This document shows positions 31,730 through 44,055 of a stretch of DNA of 64,000 nt, piece by piece. Numbering within the stretch: the stretch's first letter is position 1; each line of letters opens with the position of its first letter. The stretch spans positions 868,001-932,000 of the forward strand of contig CM035360.1 of the NCBI GenBank assembly GCA_020137815.1, written 5' to 3'. A program made the position numbers and the translations under genes. This DNA comes from Hormiphora californensis. Taxonomy: Eukaryota > Animalia > Ctenophora. The notes under the pieces were generated by a model, which saw nothing but the letters and a program-made list of their open reading frames with translations, was not told the DNA's origin and ran no database searches.

Positions 31730-34126
31730 CTAATCCACAGCTGTTCTTGAGTCACTAGATCGTTCTATATCTGCTGTTGATTCACTCCTCTCTAGCGTTG
31801 ATTGATCCCTCATCTCCTTTATCGATGTCTTCCTTTCAAGGTTTGCAAAGTTGTGCAGTTTCGAGCTCAGTCTCCTCCTGAACAAACCCCTCTTTTTCTC
31901 CAACTCCTTCGCCCTCTCGCCCTTCATCCGTTCCGTCAGTGCAGCCTTATCACTCCGCTCCATTCTGATCTGGTCCTTGAGAAGATTTATCGTTATCTCT
32001 CGGGATGCCGCTAAGGATTTGTAGTAGAAGATCACCAGGAGCACAATGATAATCAGGACTATCAGGACGGAGGTGATCCTCAAGTTGTCGATGATGGTTG
32101 AAACAACTCCGATATTATCGATTGTCGTGGTGAATGGTTCTGAGATGGAGACGTAGTTCCGGAATGGGCCACAGTTCTCACTGGGTTGGAACTGGAATAA
32201 AACAAGGCCAATAAACGCGAAAACAACGAGCAAAGCCACCAGGAACAGTGCGTTTACCGTGGATGCACTTTGACTTGTCAGAACAACGGTTTGAGGCGGG
32301 ATCACATTTGAAAGAGAGCTCCATTTCTTGAGATAAAATATGGCAATGACCTCGACTGCAGCCATGACAGGGAGAAGGGGCGCAAAGAAACACCCACTCC
32401 AAAACACCATCTGCTTGTAAACCAGGTCCATGATCTCTTTAGGAATGTTAAACTCAGGTTTACCTAACCCCAACTTAACCCTCAGAAACGCCACTCTTCG
32501 GATCATGAAATTACGGAAGGTTTCAGTGATGAAGAGAGCCACACAGAAAATAATAAAGTCAACCATAACAAGCTGGTAGATCTGTGACGCGACGTAGTCC
32601 TCCCAGCAGTAGTACGTGAACCCTTCTGCGTCATTGTAGTGACCACTTGCCTTTGTGGCGGTGTAAAGCACGTACAGGTAGGCACAAACCGAGAACAACT
32701 TCATCAGGAACATCCTCGCCAGTGTGACTCTGATCCTGGTGCTTTGGATCTTGTATAACTCGAAGTTTCCTACGATAACAAAGAAGACAGGGAAGGCAAT
32801 ATTGCTAACTGAGACAATAATTGAAGCTCCGTAGGATTCCCAGAGTGAGGCTAGCTCCTCTGTAATGTTGGAGAGATTGTTCAGATCTATATCAGAGGAT
32901 GATGAACTACTGTCACATTCATCGTTATCGTCATCATCAACGATAATAGTTTGAACGTATAACATCACCGTTCCAGCCATCGCCGCAACGCATATCGTGT
33001 TGGTGAGGAATCGGAGAAAAAATATTCCAATTTTCATTTTTAGGCTCCGTTTAATTCCCTCCTGCTCGTCAGACCTCAGCTCCTCAGACATTGATTTACT
33101 CAGCGTGATACTCTTCAACAATCCCGTTTGGCTGTTTTGGATGTTGTAATCCCAGCCGTTCAGAACAAAAGCCGAGTAGGGTGTCCTAACTATGGACTCT
33201 TCAGCTGATTTCCGGAACAGTGTCGACAAGTTCCTTGCCATATAGAGGAGGGAAATGAGGAAGTATGATAGGCCACAGCAGAAGTATGCTAGGGGAAAGT
33301 AGTAGGATGTTGTTTCAGATGTATCAGTATCATTTGATGATGTTAGATTCCCTGGCGGGTACCACCCATAGAACATGGCAGTTGATTCCATCCATCCAGT
33401 CCCTGTAATGAACTGAAACACTGCATTCCCTACCTCAACATAAGTTCCATTACCGTCAAGGATGTTAGGGTTGGTGCAAAGGAGATCGTCCGCGTTGTAC
33501 TCTGTTGTTATGTTTTCTGACTCTAGGACTGAGCCTGGAATCACAATCAGAGCGAGACTCAAAACAGAGCAGATGAGGTTTATTTTGAGGAGCCACACGA
33601 GGACACGAAAGTAGGAAACCACCCCTGACCCGAGGTTTCCCTCAATAACCCGGAGTGAGGAGTGCCATATTTTCAAATTTCTTGTGACCTCTTTTGTCCT
33701 GTGAACACCATTCTGAACGGAGTTAACAAAACCCCACGCTACTTGATCTTCCTTGCTCAGACTATGATGCATGGATAGGGTTACAGTCCGGTGTTCCCTT
33801 AACATTGCTCGTCTCTCTTGGAGTGTCGGTTGACTTGCTACAGCACTGCCATGACGTTGTCGGGGCGTGAGGGTGACTCTTCTTTTGGTTAATGAAGAGC
33901 TGGGCTCCGTTCCTTCCTCCTTAATTATTTCATCCTGTTCCTCTGATTCTCTTGTCTCCTCACGGATATCATGATCCCCCTCCTCTGCAACTTCACCATC
34001 TTCATCTTCACCAGCTACTTGACGGCTACCTCCCTCAGACCCTCTCTCTAGCACATCGGCCGGATCGTCCCCGGCCGGATCGTCACCACCAAGCACACCG
34101 ATAATATTTGAAAAGATACCCGGCAT
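31730..34126 (-). CDS. Transmembrane channel-like (TMC) protein, 798 aa, single coding exon
   Basis: IEGNLGSGVVSYF, FYGWY, YFPLAY, TMC signature CWEDYVASQIYQL, PEFNIPKEIMDLVYKQ..W.G.FFAPLLP and PSENCGPFR; multiple TM segments; in-frame stop directly before the ATG. Confidence 0.93.
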   Translation of the reverse strand: MPGIFSNIIGVLGGDDPAGDDPADVLERGSEGGSRQVAGEDEDGEVAEEGDHDIREETRESEEQDEIIKEEGTEPSSSLTKRRVTLTPRQRHGSAVASQPTLQERRAMLREHRTVTLSMHHSLSKEDQVAWGFVNSVQNGVHRTKEVTRNLKIWHSSLRVIEGNLGSGVVSYFRVLVWLLKINLICSVLSLALIVIPGSVLESENITTEYNADDLLCTNPNILDGNGTYVEVGNAVFQFITGTGWMESTAMFYGWYPPGNLTSSNDTDTSETTSYYFPLAYFCCGLSYFLISLLYMARNLSTLFRKSAEESIVRTPYSAFVLNGWDYNIQNSQTGLLKSITLSKSMSEELRSDEQEGIKRSLKMKIGIFFLRFLTNTICVAAMAGTVMLYVQTIIVDDDDNDECDSSSSSSDIDLNNLSNITEELASLWESYGASIIVSVSNIAFPVFFVIVGNFELYKIQSTRIRVTLARMFLMKLFSVCAYLYVLYTATKASGHYNDAEGFTYYCWEDYVASQIYQLVMVDFIIFCVALFITETFRNFMIRRVAFLRVKLGLGKPEFNIPKEIMDLVYKQMVFWSGCFFAPLLPVMAAVEVIAIFYLKKWSSLSNVIPPQTVVLTSQSASTVNALFLVALLVVFAFIGLVLFQFQPSENCGPFRNYVSISEPFTTTIDNIGVVSTIIDNLRITSVLIVLIIIVLLVIFYYKSLAASREITINLLKDQIRMERSDKAALTERMKGERAKELEKKRGLFRRRLSSKLHNFANLERKTSIKEMRDQSTLERSESTADIERSSDSRTAVD

Positions 34127-34477
34127 TTAGATATATCCACGACGCCCTTCTCTAACAGTTACAACCGGAATTAGAGGTGGGCTCTTGGGCACGTAGCAAT
34201 GCTGTGGACACGTTCCGAGGGCCTAGATAATACTGTATCTTGGTTGTCTGACTGTAATATCACACACGCTGCTCGATGATACCCGGTTCGGAAAATGTCC
34301 AGTGTGAAACAATATCTTGGGGATTAGGAAAGAGAACACACACAAACAAGCAAATAAATAACGTGAATAGGAGTGTTGAGGATAGAGACCTCACGAGAGA
34401 GCACAGCTACACATTGTCTATATTTTCTGTTTCTTTTGGTTTAGCGCATTGTTATCTCTCTATCTCACCCTCCTTCT

Positions 34478-34690
<213 letters not shown>

Positions 34691-35109
34691 CCGTCTTTCA
34701 CAGCTTTTCATGTGTATTCACATGAGCCCCGTGGCCGTTCAATAAAACAACTTTTTAGTTTTGAATCTCATGGTTCCCAAATGGTCTCCGGCTCTCTCAC
34801 ACCACACAGAGAATCACACTTCATACACGCTGTCGTATTTGCAGCTTGAGATTACTGACAGACAGCTGGTAGAGCAATAAGAATAGAGAGAGGGAGAGAG
34901 AAGGAGGAAGACAGCAAACAGGGTGGAGAGGAGAACGAAGAGAAGAGGAGAGAGAAGACAAGAAGAGGGAGAGAGAGAGAGGGGGAGAGGAGAAAGAAAA
35001 AAGGGGTGAGGAGGGGAGAAAGGAGAATAACAAAGAACTAATCCCTCCCTGGTCTACCCTCTCTCCTTTCCCATTGCCAACCCACCCTCTTTTCATGTGA
35101 GAGGCAGTT

Positions 35110-36779
35110 GCTGGTACGACCGGCACGATGCAATGAACTTTTAGGTAACACTACCTAATTGAATGTCTAAACGATCTGCACTGATGTGCATGGAGGTGAG
35201 TTTGTCCGACAAGTTCATTCCCATTGGCACTGAACAGCTTAGTGATTTGTGACTTAGTTGGAAAACAACAGAACGGAAACTCGACGTGAGGCGTTTTCCC
35301 ACTCTCCTCCATTTGCAAGTTTCGTGGATTGCTGTACACTGGGACTGCAGCAGTCCGACCAAGGAAAACTTTCGAGAGGTCAACAGCTGAGTGCAGTGTG
35401 TTCAAAGTCGAATGGATTTTGAGAGTGTCTGAATTTCTACAATAAACTCAAAACGAAACCGACCTCTGCTCCTGCGCTGGACTTCAGGACTCTCTGGAGC
35501 TGGCGTTGTTCCTCATCGAGACATCCTACATCCTCAAGGAGAGAGAATAACAGAGAACCTTCACGATGCTCTGAATACCAAACTCTGGGACCATCCTTTC
35601 TCTTGCTTGGCACAGGTTACGATTTCATCATCTCCCGTGATCCTAATCAACAGGAGTACGTGAACACAACCTGTTTTTTATCCCTGGCTAGTAATAGGTG
35701 AAGTGGCCCTTTCTCTACGAGTGGCTAATCGAGAATTTTGAGAGTAACCCCATCCTTTTAAACTATCTCTACGTTGAAAGATGGTTCCTCTCTACTCTCC
35801 CTCCCTGACACCTGTGTCTTCAACGGACAAAGATTGTATCAGAAGACTTTGTGGCAACTGTGTAGCGATCCTATGTAAATGATGATCTTCTGTCCCTTTT
35901 CGATATTTTTACCAGCGTTCCTATATCTCTTTGTACCCTAGATCCCCAAGTAGCTCTAACGAGGTTCCTGTTTCTCCTACTAGTCTTCAAACTAGTCCTA
36001 GTAGTACTCCTCACGAGGAATGAGATTTGTTTACCCCGACGATACCACTCTTGGATGGTGGTTACCTCGTTCTTAAGCTGTTAAATGTACTGATTAAGGC
36101 CCAGAATTAATCATTTTATCCAGTTCGTATCATCCCTTCACTTCTGCTGTGAGTTGTTTGGTGATACATCTTCACCGGACTTTAATGAGGCGATAACAGC
36201 GGCATTGGACAAACGGAAATCTTGGGATTCTTTATCAGAACGACCGCTACTCGATTTATTTGACTTTCTAGATGATAACCCTCAAATAGAAGGTGTTTTA
36301 AGACAGTATACTGAGGGAAAGCAGGATAGTTCCTGTGCAATACTTGATACTTTGTTTCATACTTGGCCCGTTTGAGCTGCCTGTTTGCAAAAATCGAACG
36401 ACTATTTCCCTCGACCTGCATTATGTCATAGGCAATTTACTGTGATGAAAACCCTCGAGAGCCAACAAAAGATGTACGTTGCGTAGAGAGTTTCAGTGGC
36501 TATGAAAGCATGAATCAATCATGCCAGTTATTACCATTAGTTGGTGGAAGATCGTTGCAATTTTTGAGGCGAAAAAAGAGTGCTCACTTCACACCAAACC
36601 CTGATTTCCGCAAACATATTTTTTGTGTGACTGTGGTTGAGATCCGATATCAATGTGACCGTGTGTGACGCGATATAAACAACTGACTAACGGCGCTCAT
36701 AAACTACAAGAGCTGGAAGCATGTAGAGATGAAAAGTTCTATATCAACTGGCCCTTTGCTATTTAGTAGTATGATTTAA
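35110..36779 (+). pseudogene. BTB array copy 1, heavily frameshifted (pseudogene or unpolished sequence)
   Basis: Collinear DNA similarity to 50282-51938 over the whole length, with dozens of indels; ORF fragment 36154-36375. Confidence 0.7.
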
Positions 36780-36809
36780 TTTAAAAGTTCCTTGCAGGCT
36801 GGATGGTTT

Positions 36810-39800
36810 CTTCCTTCTTCTGTGGATGACTGCTTGGCTAGTGCGAAGCACTAGCCAGTAAGGGGGGTGCCTATGAGGCTCCCGTTCCCCGCTCCTGGTT
36901 TGTGTGTGGCTGGTATGTTTGGCCAACCTGCTTCGGGCCCCAAGAGACTTGGGGAGCTGGTGCCATACCCAGTCACAGGGAAACCTCCCCCTTTAGGGGT
37001 GGTTTTCAGGGGGTGAAGTATCTCCATCGCCTCTTATAGAACGAGATTGTTTTTCTAAGGGGTTGATGTGTCTAATTTCGTACATGCTGAAGGACCCATC
37101 GCCTGTCAAAGGTATTCCTGTCTGATTTCCAAAGGGCGGGCATTCATAAGTACAATGCTTTATTGTCTCGTCTTCCATCCCGACATGCTGCCCAGGTTTG
37201 GTCTCGACTTTTTTTAATGTTTTTCAATGTGGTAGTTAAGTGGCAGTGCCCTGTGCAGTAGGTGTGTCGCCCTTAGGTCTGTCTATTAAGTTTTCGAAGA
37301 GGTCATCTCCTCATATCTTCGTCCACATCATGTCCATATGTTTTTGGTTTGTTTGATGTCCGGTTTTAAAACCTCTCCCGAGGGCTGCTAGCTGCCGCTT
37401 GGTAATTGGTATGAGAGTCTAACTTCTTCGATTTTCCTGAGCCCCCTTTTTGCCAAGTTCTGCTATTTCGTTTCCATCTGTACCCTTGATGGCCGGGATC
37501 CATCTAATCATGACATCGTTGAATTTGGGCCATGGTGTTCAGATTTTTGATAGTCCCTTTATCTTGAGTTTTTGATCTGCAGGTCGTGGAGTCTAGGGGT
37601 CCTTTATTGTCCTTGACTGTCAAGTTTATGAGTATTCGCTCGTTAGCTGTTCCCTATCCACGGAGATATTGAGCCTCATGTTGTAATGGCACTACATTTC
37701 TGGCCGCCGGGCGTTTCCTTGGCCTAGGTTAATACGAATTTCGGCTAGCCTCTTTTCCGCCAAGTGGATAATATCCTGCACCGGCATTGTTGTTAATTTT
37801 TGACCCATCAGTGGTGTTGCAACTATCGTGTACTTTGTCTCCATCCCCAAAACTGTCTCCCTTTCTTGGGATCTCTACGAGAATTCCCTGTCTAGGGTGA
37901 GTTCCGGGGTTGTGAGATCGTGACATCCTGCCCTCTGCTTCCAGAGTTCTGAGTCAGTGGATAACCGGTTGGCATGCGGAAGTGAAACTTTTGGGGTCTT
38001 TAGGTCTGATTTTAATTGGCCCTTCCATTCTCTCGCCGTTGGCATTAGGGTGTATGCATTTTTGGCTTGCACCAGTACCACTCAGAGGTCTGGTGATCGG
38101 GCGGTGTTTGTGATGTGTCTAGGGCTTGTTGATGGCGGTCGAGGGTCAGGTCCCCAGTTAACCATTTGAGTGCTAGCCTCTGTACCCTTATCATGTTTTC
38201 TTCATTTGTTTGTTTTTGGTTCGCATTGCATAGCCCAACCATTGCCCCGAGCATAGGTGGTCTCACTATTGCATGTGTAATATCCATAGGCCTGTTTTAT
38301 TAGGTTTAGATCCCCCACGTGGTCCCCACCACCTTTAACGGCACTGCATCAGGAATATTTTTTGCTTTTTTTTTTTTGTTGTTTACGTGCTCTTCCATGT
38401 TCAGTTTGCTGTCAAGGGTAATCCCGAGAAACTCGTGGATTCGGACACTTTGGATAGGGTTACCCTGAATTTTGATCGTGTTTCCAATTTTCACATTTTT
38501 CGATGGGTGATATGCTACTGCGATTTTCAGAGTGGCAACTTAGTTTGAGCCCACTGTCTACACCAGGCGTTAGGAATTAGCCCGCTTCTTGGGTCGCGTC
38601 CCTTAGAGGAGTATGTCCCGCAGAGGGTCCATTTTCTTCCGGAGGGCATTGTGGTTTTGCTACTATAATGACATAAGTCATCCCGAAGCCCTGTAGTTCC
38701 ACGTGGTATATTCTGTTTTGCTATGGTTGTAGTAGATCTCTCTCCAGTTGCCTATAGGAACGGGAAGTATTCCTCCCTGGGGCCACCCCGGGTGGCCGCT
38801 TATAGTATAGGGACTACTTCCATTAGGTTTCGTGTTGTTTTCGCGGTTGAGATCACTGTGGTGATCCGAACCGCTGTTTCTTTTGTCCGCGTGCGTTGCC
38901 AATGAAGGGCTCTTTTTCCATACGCTTGGAATGCCATTATCGAAGGCCTCCTCGATGTCCAAGAACGTACCCAGGGCAATGCCCTTGTGTCATGGAGGGG
39001 TTGCCTTCGATTTGCGTACTACTTTTGGAGGGCTGTTTCTGTTGAAACGCCCTCTCTAAACCATATTCGACTTGTTTAATTTTTTGTGTACTTTTTGTCT
39101 ACCTCAATGTCCATAGAATTAACGTTTCCATGAGTTTGTGGAGGTTGACGCAAGGGTTTATTGTTCGGTAATGATTTAGCATACGATAGACATCCTTTCT
39201 GGCTTGGGCAGGTAGATGGACTTCTGCTTCCTGCCCAGGATTTTGGGGGTCTCCCCTAGACTGTACGATGCCTTAGCTATCTTGTTGCAAATGTTCAGCA
39301 ATAATGTCTGCTACTTTTTGGCATCATGATGGGCCGATGCCATCCGGCCCCGCAAATCTTAGTTTAAATTCCCCAGCGCCTTGATGAATCGTTGTTTGCG
39401 AGAATTTTTTTTCATCAACCACTTCCCCTTCTGGGCTTCAGTTTTTGGTCCTTGAGGGAGGGTGCTATTTTGAGTGTCCTCGCCAAAGTGAACCTCTTGC
39501 CATTAGTCTGGAGGGTTTCTTCTTAGGGGACGTGATAGTTCACTTTCGGCGTCAAAGATACAGCTGAGTATTACTTAATCGTTACGGTTCTTGAGCACTT
39601 GGCTAACCTTCTGGGCATCTGAATATGCATCGACGATCTTCAGCCATATTTTCCAGTTTTAAATTTAGACTGGTTTTTGGTTTTTGTGTATTTGTTTCGA
39701 CTGCTTTTGCTGATTCCCAATCCTGATGCACTTTCGTGGTCCTGGGCGTGTCTCAGTTTATACAAACAATTTCTTCCCTAGCTGCCCTGACCACCTCCCC

Positions 39801-41745
39801 ACTGAAGCCACGGGGGTCTTTGAGAGTGGCGAAACGGTATTTTGTTTGGGGTACCACTTGTAGTATGCCCACAGCATCATTCTATTAGTGTTTTCGTTGG
39901 CTGTTTCAGTTCCTTCGCATTTGATATTAACATTCTGTCATCCTGTTTCTTCTTCAGGCCCTTCCATCCCAGTTGTCTACTTAGGCCCAGTTTTTTTGTT
40001 TTCTTATATGTAGAATGAGCGATCTTGGCTACCGTCCTGTCCTCACCACAAATGTTTGATGGGTACGTGTGTCGGATCTGCATTTTCCTTCTACTGTCTG
40101 CCAGTCTTGTTCATGTCCAGTGCATGGTTGTGGTCCTGTAAGATCTAGCACACATTTTTTCTTTTCCATTGTCGAAAGTGTGGGGGCAATTCAACGTTCG
40201 ATACATGCAATCAAGAATCTACACATGGCATCTACATAGTGCATCTCACCTTTTCTTCTCCCAATGGATCTTTAACCAGTGCCCCCCAACTATTGTTGTG
40301 GGCGTTGGTATCAGATCCAATTACTATGTTTCAGGTTCATTTCTTTTTGCGTGGGCTCACTCCTCCTAGTAATTTGGAGGGCATTCGAGCTCTCTGTCCA
40401 TGGTACATTGAGCATAAATGACTGATTTGGTTGCCCAGTTGACAAGGAATATTGACTTGGTCCCTGTCAGTGAATTTGTCAAGGAGACATCCGTTCCTCC
40501 CTAGGTTACTAATTGATTAAGTGTATGCTCGCACGTGGTCCTCTGAGCCCTTTTGTCATATAGGGCAGAGAATCCTCCGCTGGCTCTACTCTAACTTTAG
40601 AATGTTTTTCCCTATAATAGGTGTTCTTGGGCTAGGAATTTGGTGATCGTTTTTGGTTACAGGTGTTCTGTCCTCCCATGCTTCATGACTTTTATGGGGT
40701 TAATTTGTGTTACTTCTGATTTTTTACTTATTTTTCTTGGCTGCTGAGTCCCTGGAGGCGGCCCTAGACTTTTGCCTGCCCCTCCTTCGTGGGGTGGGGG
40801 GCGGCAGATGTCTTGGGCTCCGCGGGCAGTGTTGGACCTCCCTGTTCCCTTCCTTTCGGAGGGTCATTTGGATCCACTGCACTCTCGGGGTCGGGGCGGA
40901 TTTGACTCTTCTTTGCCCTTTCCCTGTCGCTACACTGCCCGAATCTCCATCATTTAGAGTTTCAGCTTCTCTTACGTACTGGCGATATCCCGTTTTACAG
41001 GGGCTGGGTGCCCGCATGTATGCGAGGGTGCTCCCCGAGATAGAGGTGCTCCCTGAACGGGCCCTCCTGGTGATTGGGGGCCCTGTGCGGAGTTGCTGAG
41101 ATGTTCCTCTAGCTATTTGGGGGAGATTAGGTAGTGAGATCGTCCTCACTTAGATGGTTGTGACAGTGTATATAATTCTCCATATAGTGGGATTATGGCT
41201 GGTCAGATACTTAGATATGCCCCTGTTGTTTTAAAAGGGAAAGAAAAAGACGCGCCTCAGTGATACCACGGAATTAAGCGCCCCGTGGCTGGGGGTCGGC
41301 GAATTCCACCCTATGTGTGCCTATATATTGGTTCTTTAGATTAGGTTATGTAGGTCGGGAGCAGGGTACCCATTTGATTTGGGCATCCCTGTAGTTGCCC
41401 CGTCCGCAAAACTTGGCTCTGGGTAAGTTTACAGGGGAACGTAAAGACCCCGTGTAATAATAATTGAGTGTTTAACTCCGGTCTCTGCTGGTTTCTAACC
41501 CATTGTACCTGGAGTGGAATTTATTAGTATTTGGAATTTTTGAATTTGATTAAGGGGTTGGGTTAGTCCATGTTGATGGAGAGACCCATTACAGGGGGGT
41601 GTGGTGGTTTGTCCCCTGGTTAATTGCTCCTTCCATAGATGGAGTCTTTAAGACACTACTCGCTAGCTACACTCCCTTTTATAGGTTGTGCTAGACTTTT
41701 AGCCCCGCCGCACGTCCATCAGCGCGTTAGAAGGACTCACCCTCC
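36810..41745 (-). mobile_element. Near full-length non-LTR retrotransposon with APE endonuclease, RT and RNase H (R1/LOA/I-group-like), frameshifted
   Basis: Minus-strand motifs: GSDTNAHNNSWG (EN, about 40290), LGTFLDIEEAFDN (about 38950), PQGGIL (about 38770), FLGITLDSKLN, TDGSK..AGAG (RNase H, about 37800); (GAA)-like tail at 36810; TSD GCTGATGGTTT. Confidence 0.85.
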
Positions 41746-42273
41746 GCTGATGGTTTAGTTCGACACCCCCGCTGATGGTTTATTCGACGACCCCGATTTA
41801 CACATCTACTTCCCCAATAGTTCCAGACTGTATTAAATGTGACTTTGAACCAACGTCAACTTGATAGACAGTCGTTACGAGAAACTCTGAATAGTGTATA
41901 CTTGTACATTGTAGCAAAACCATGTGAACCTGTTTTAAATCCCCTCCTGCTCGTCTCTTACCCACCCTCTTTTATTTTTTCCTTGCCCTAAGTATGTGTT
42001 ATCATCCCGAAAACATTACCGACCTGCCCTAAGATCATTATAAACCACAGCAACTGTGCTTGTCTGCTCCACATTTACCCAATTAGATTGATATTCAACT
42101 TTTTCTCTATTTTAGTTCCCTCTAAATCTCCAACATCGAGTATCCCAGTACCCATAGCTGGCCTGGGTTTTCTCTACTACTCTAAACATTATACTCCCAT
42201 CCCCATCCCTCTCAACTGTCTTTCCTCCTCCCTCTCCCATTAACCCACCCACCCTCTGTCCATGTGAGATCCA

Positions 42274-43897
42274 ATGGCTGTACAAGACCTTCGTGATTGC
42301 CAATGAACTTTTGTAGACACTACCTAGATGTGAATGGACTAAACGATCTGCAACGATGTGCAGTGGGTGAGGTTGTCCGGACGAGTTTCATTCCCATGGC
42401 CATGAAACAGCTTATGATTTGTGACTTAGTGGGAAACAGCAGATGAAGGACTCGACGTGGAGGAGTTTTTCCCCACTCCTCAGTTTGCAAGTTTTCTGGA
42501 TTGCTGTTACACTGGCACTGAACAGTTGTTCTCACCAGAGAAATTTTTAGAGAGGTCAATAGGCTGAGTGCAGTATTCAAAGTCGAATGGATGGCTGAAG
42601 AGTGTTTGAAGTTCTACACCGACCTCTGCTCCGGACTGACTTCAGGATCTCTGGAGCTGGCGTTGTTCCTATTTGAAGAAGCAGCCTACATCCTCAAGGA
42701 GAGGAATTACAGAGACCTTCAAGATGCTCTGAAAACTAGGCTGGGGGAATTGTCTTCTCTTCGATTGGCGCTGGTTAACGATTCTCTCCCTGATCCTAAT
42801 CAACAAGAGTACGTGAACACAGACCTTTGTTTATCCCTGGCTAGTAGTTGGGAAGCGACAGTTCTCTACGAGTGGCTAATCGAGAATTTTGAGAGCAAAC
42901 CCCATCCTGTGAAACTATCTGATGTTGAAAAGAGGTTCCTAACAAGCCCGCCTCTGACACTTTGCTTTCACGCAGACCAAACTGTGTATCGTAGACTACT
43001 GGCAACTGTGCAGCGATCTCTATCAAAGGATGATCTTCTGTCTTTTTTTGAGATTTTTACTACCGTTCCTCTCCCTCCTTCTAATGCTAATAGTCACCAA
43101 AATAGTCCTAGTAGTAGCTCCAAACTACAGACTGAGATCGTTTACCCAATCGAAATACCAGCTCTTGGAGGGTGTACCTCGTTCTTGGAAGCTGTTAAAA
43201 TACTTGATAAGGATCCGAGAATTAGCTCATTTATCCAGTTTGTATCTTCTCTGCAGTACTGCTGTGACGTGTTTGGTGACTCAACTTCACCGGACTTAGA
43301 TGAGGTGATAACAGCGGCATTGGACAAGAGGAAATCGTGGGCTTCTTTATCAGGAGAATCCCAACTCAATTTTTTTACTTTCTATATGATCACCCTAAAA
43401 TAAAAGGTGTTATAAGTCGGTACATGGAGACAAAGCAGGACATTTCATGTAAATTAACTTGCACTTTGTTGATAGATGATGACTGGAACCCGCCTTTGCA
43501 GTACTCTAAACTGCTGTTCCTCGACCTGCATTATGATTATGATGATAGATCACCTAGTAATAGTTACTGTGATGAAAACCCTCGAGAATCCAATAAAAGA
43601 TGCAAAGTGGTGGTGGAGGTTTCAGTTGCTGTAAAAGATGAACAATCATGGCCAGTTTTTACCATTAAGTTGGTGTAGGATCGTGATATTTTAGAGGCGA
43701 AAACAGATGCTCACTTTCACCAAGACCCTGATTTTCTACAACACATTTTTTTTGAGTGTGATGATGATCAACTTATCTATTTCACTGTGTGTAGTGATCT
43801 AAATGCTTCAACTGTTTCTCTTGATCAACTCTACAAGTTATGGAAACTTAATAATAGGTTGCAGTTCTTCATGAACTGGCCACAGGTGCAAATTTAA
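42274..43897 (+). pseudogene. BTB array copy 2 (frameshifts plus in-frame TAG near 43676)
   Basis: ATG at 42274 in the conserved GAGATCCAATG context; ORFs 42591-43403 and 43337-43678 are homologous to 52638-54242. Confidence 0.75.
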
Positions 43898-44055
43898 CTT
43901 GATTAGAATGGCAAAATTTTGGCACTGATTTCCTATCAAAAATGTCAATCAAAGTCCACGGGAATGTGCAGTCGACACTTAGAACGCGTTAAATGACGTA
44001 TGATTGATCTTTTTTACAGTTCTATCTTATTATGTCTTGTTTCTTGCCCCAAATA

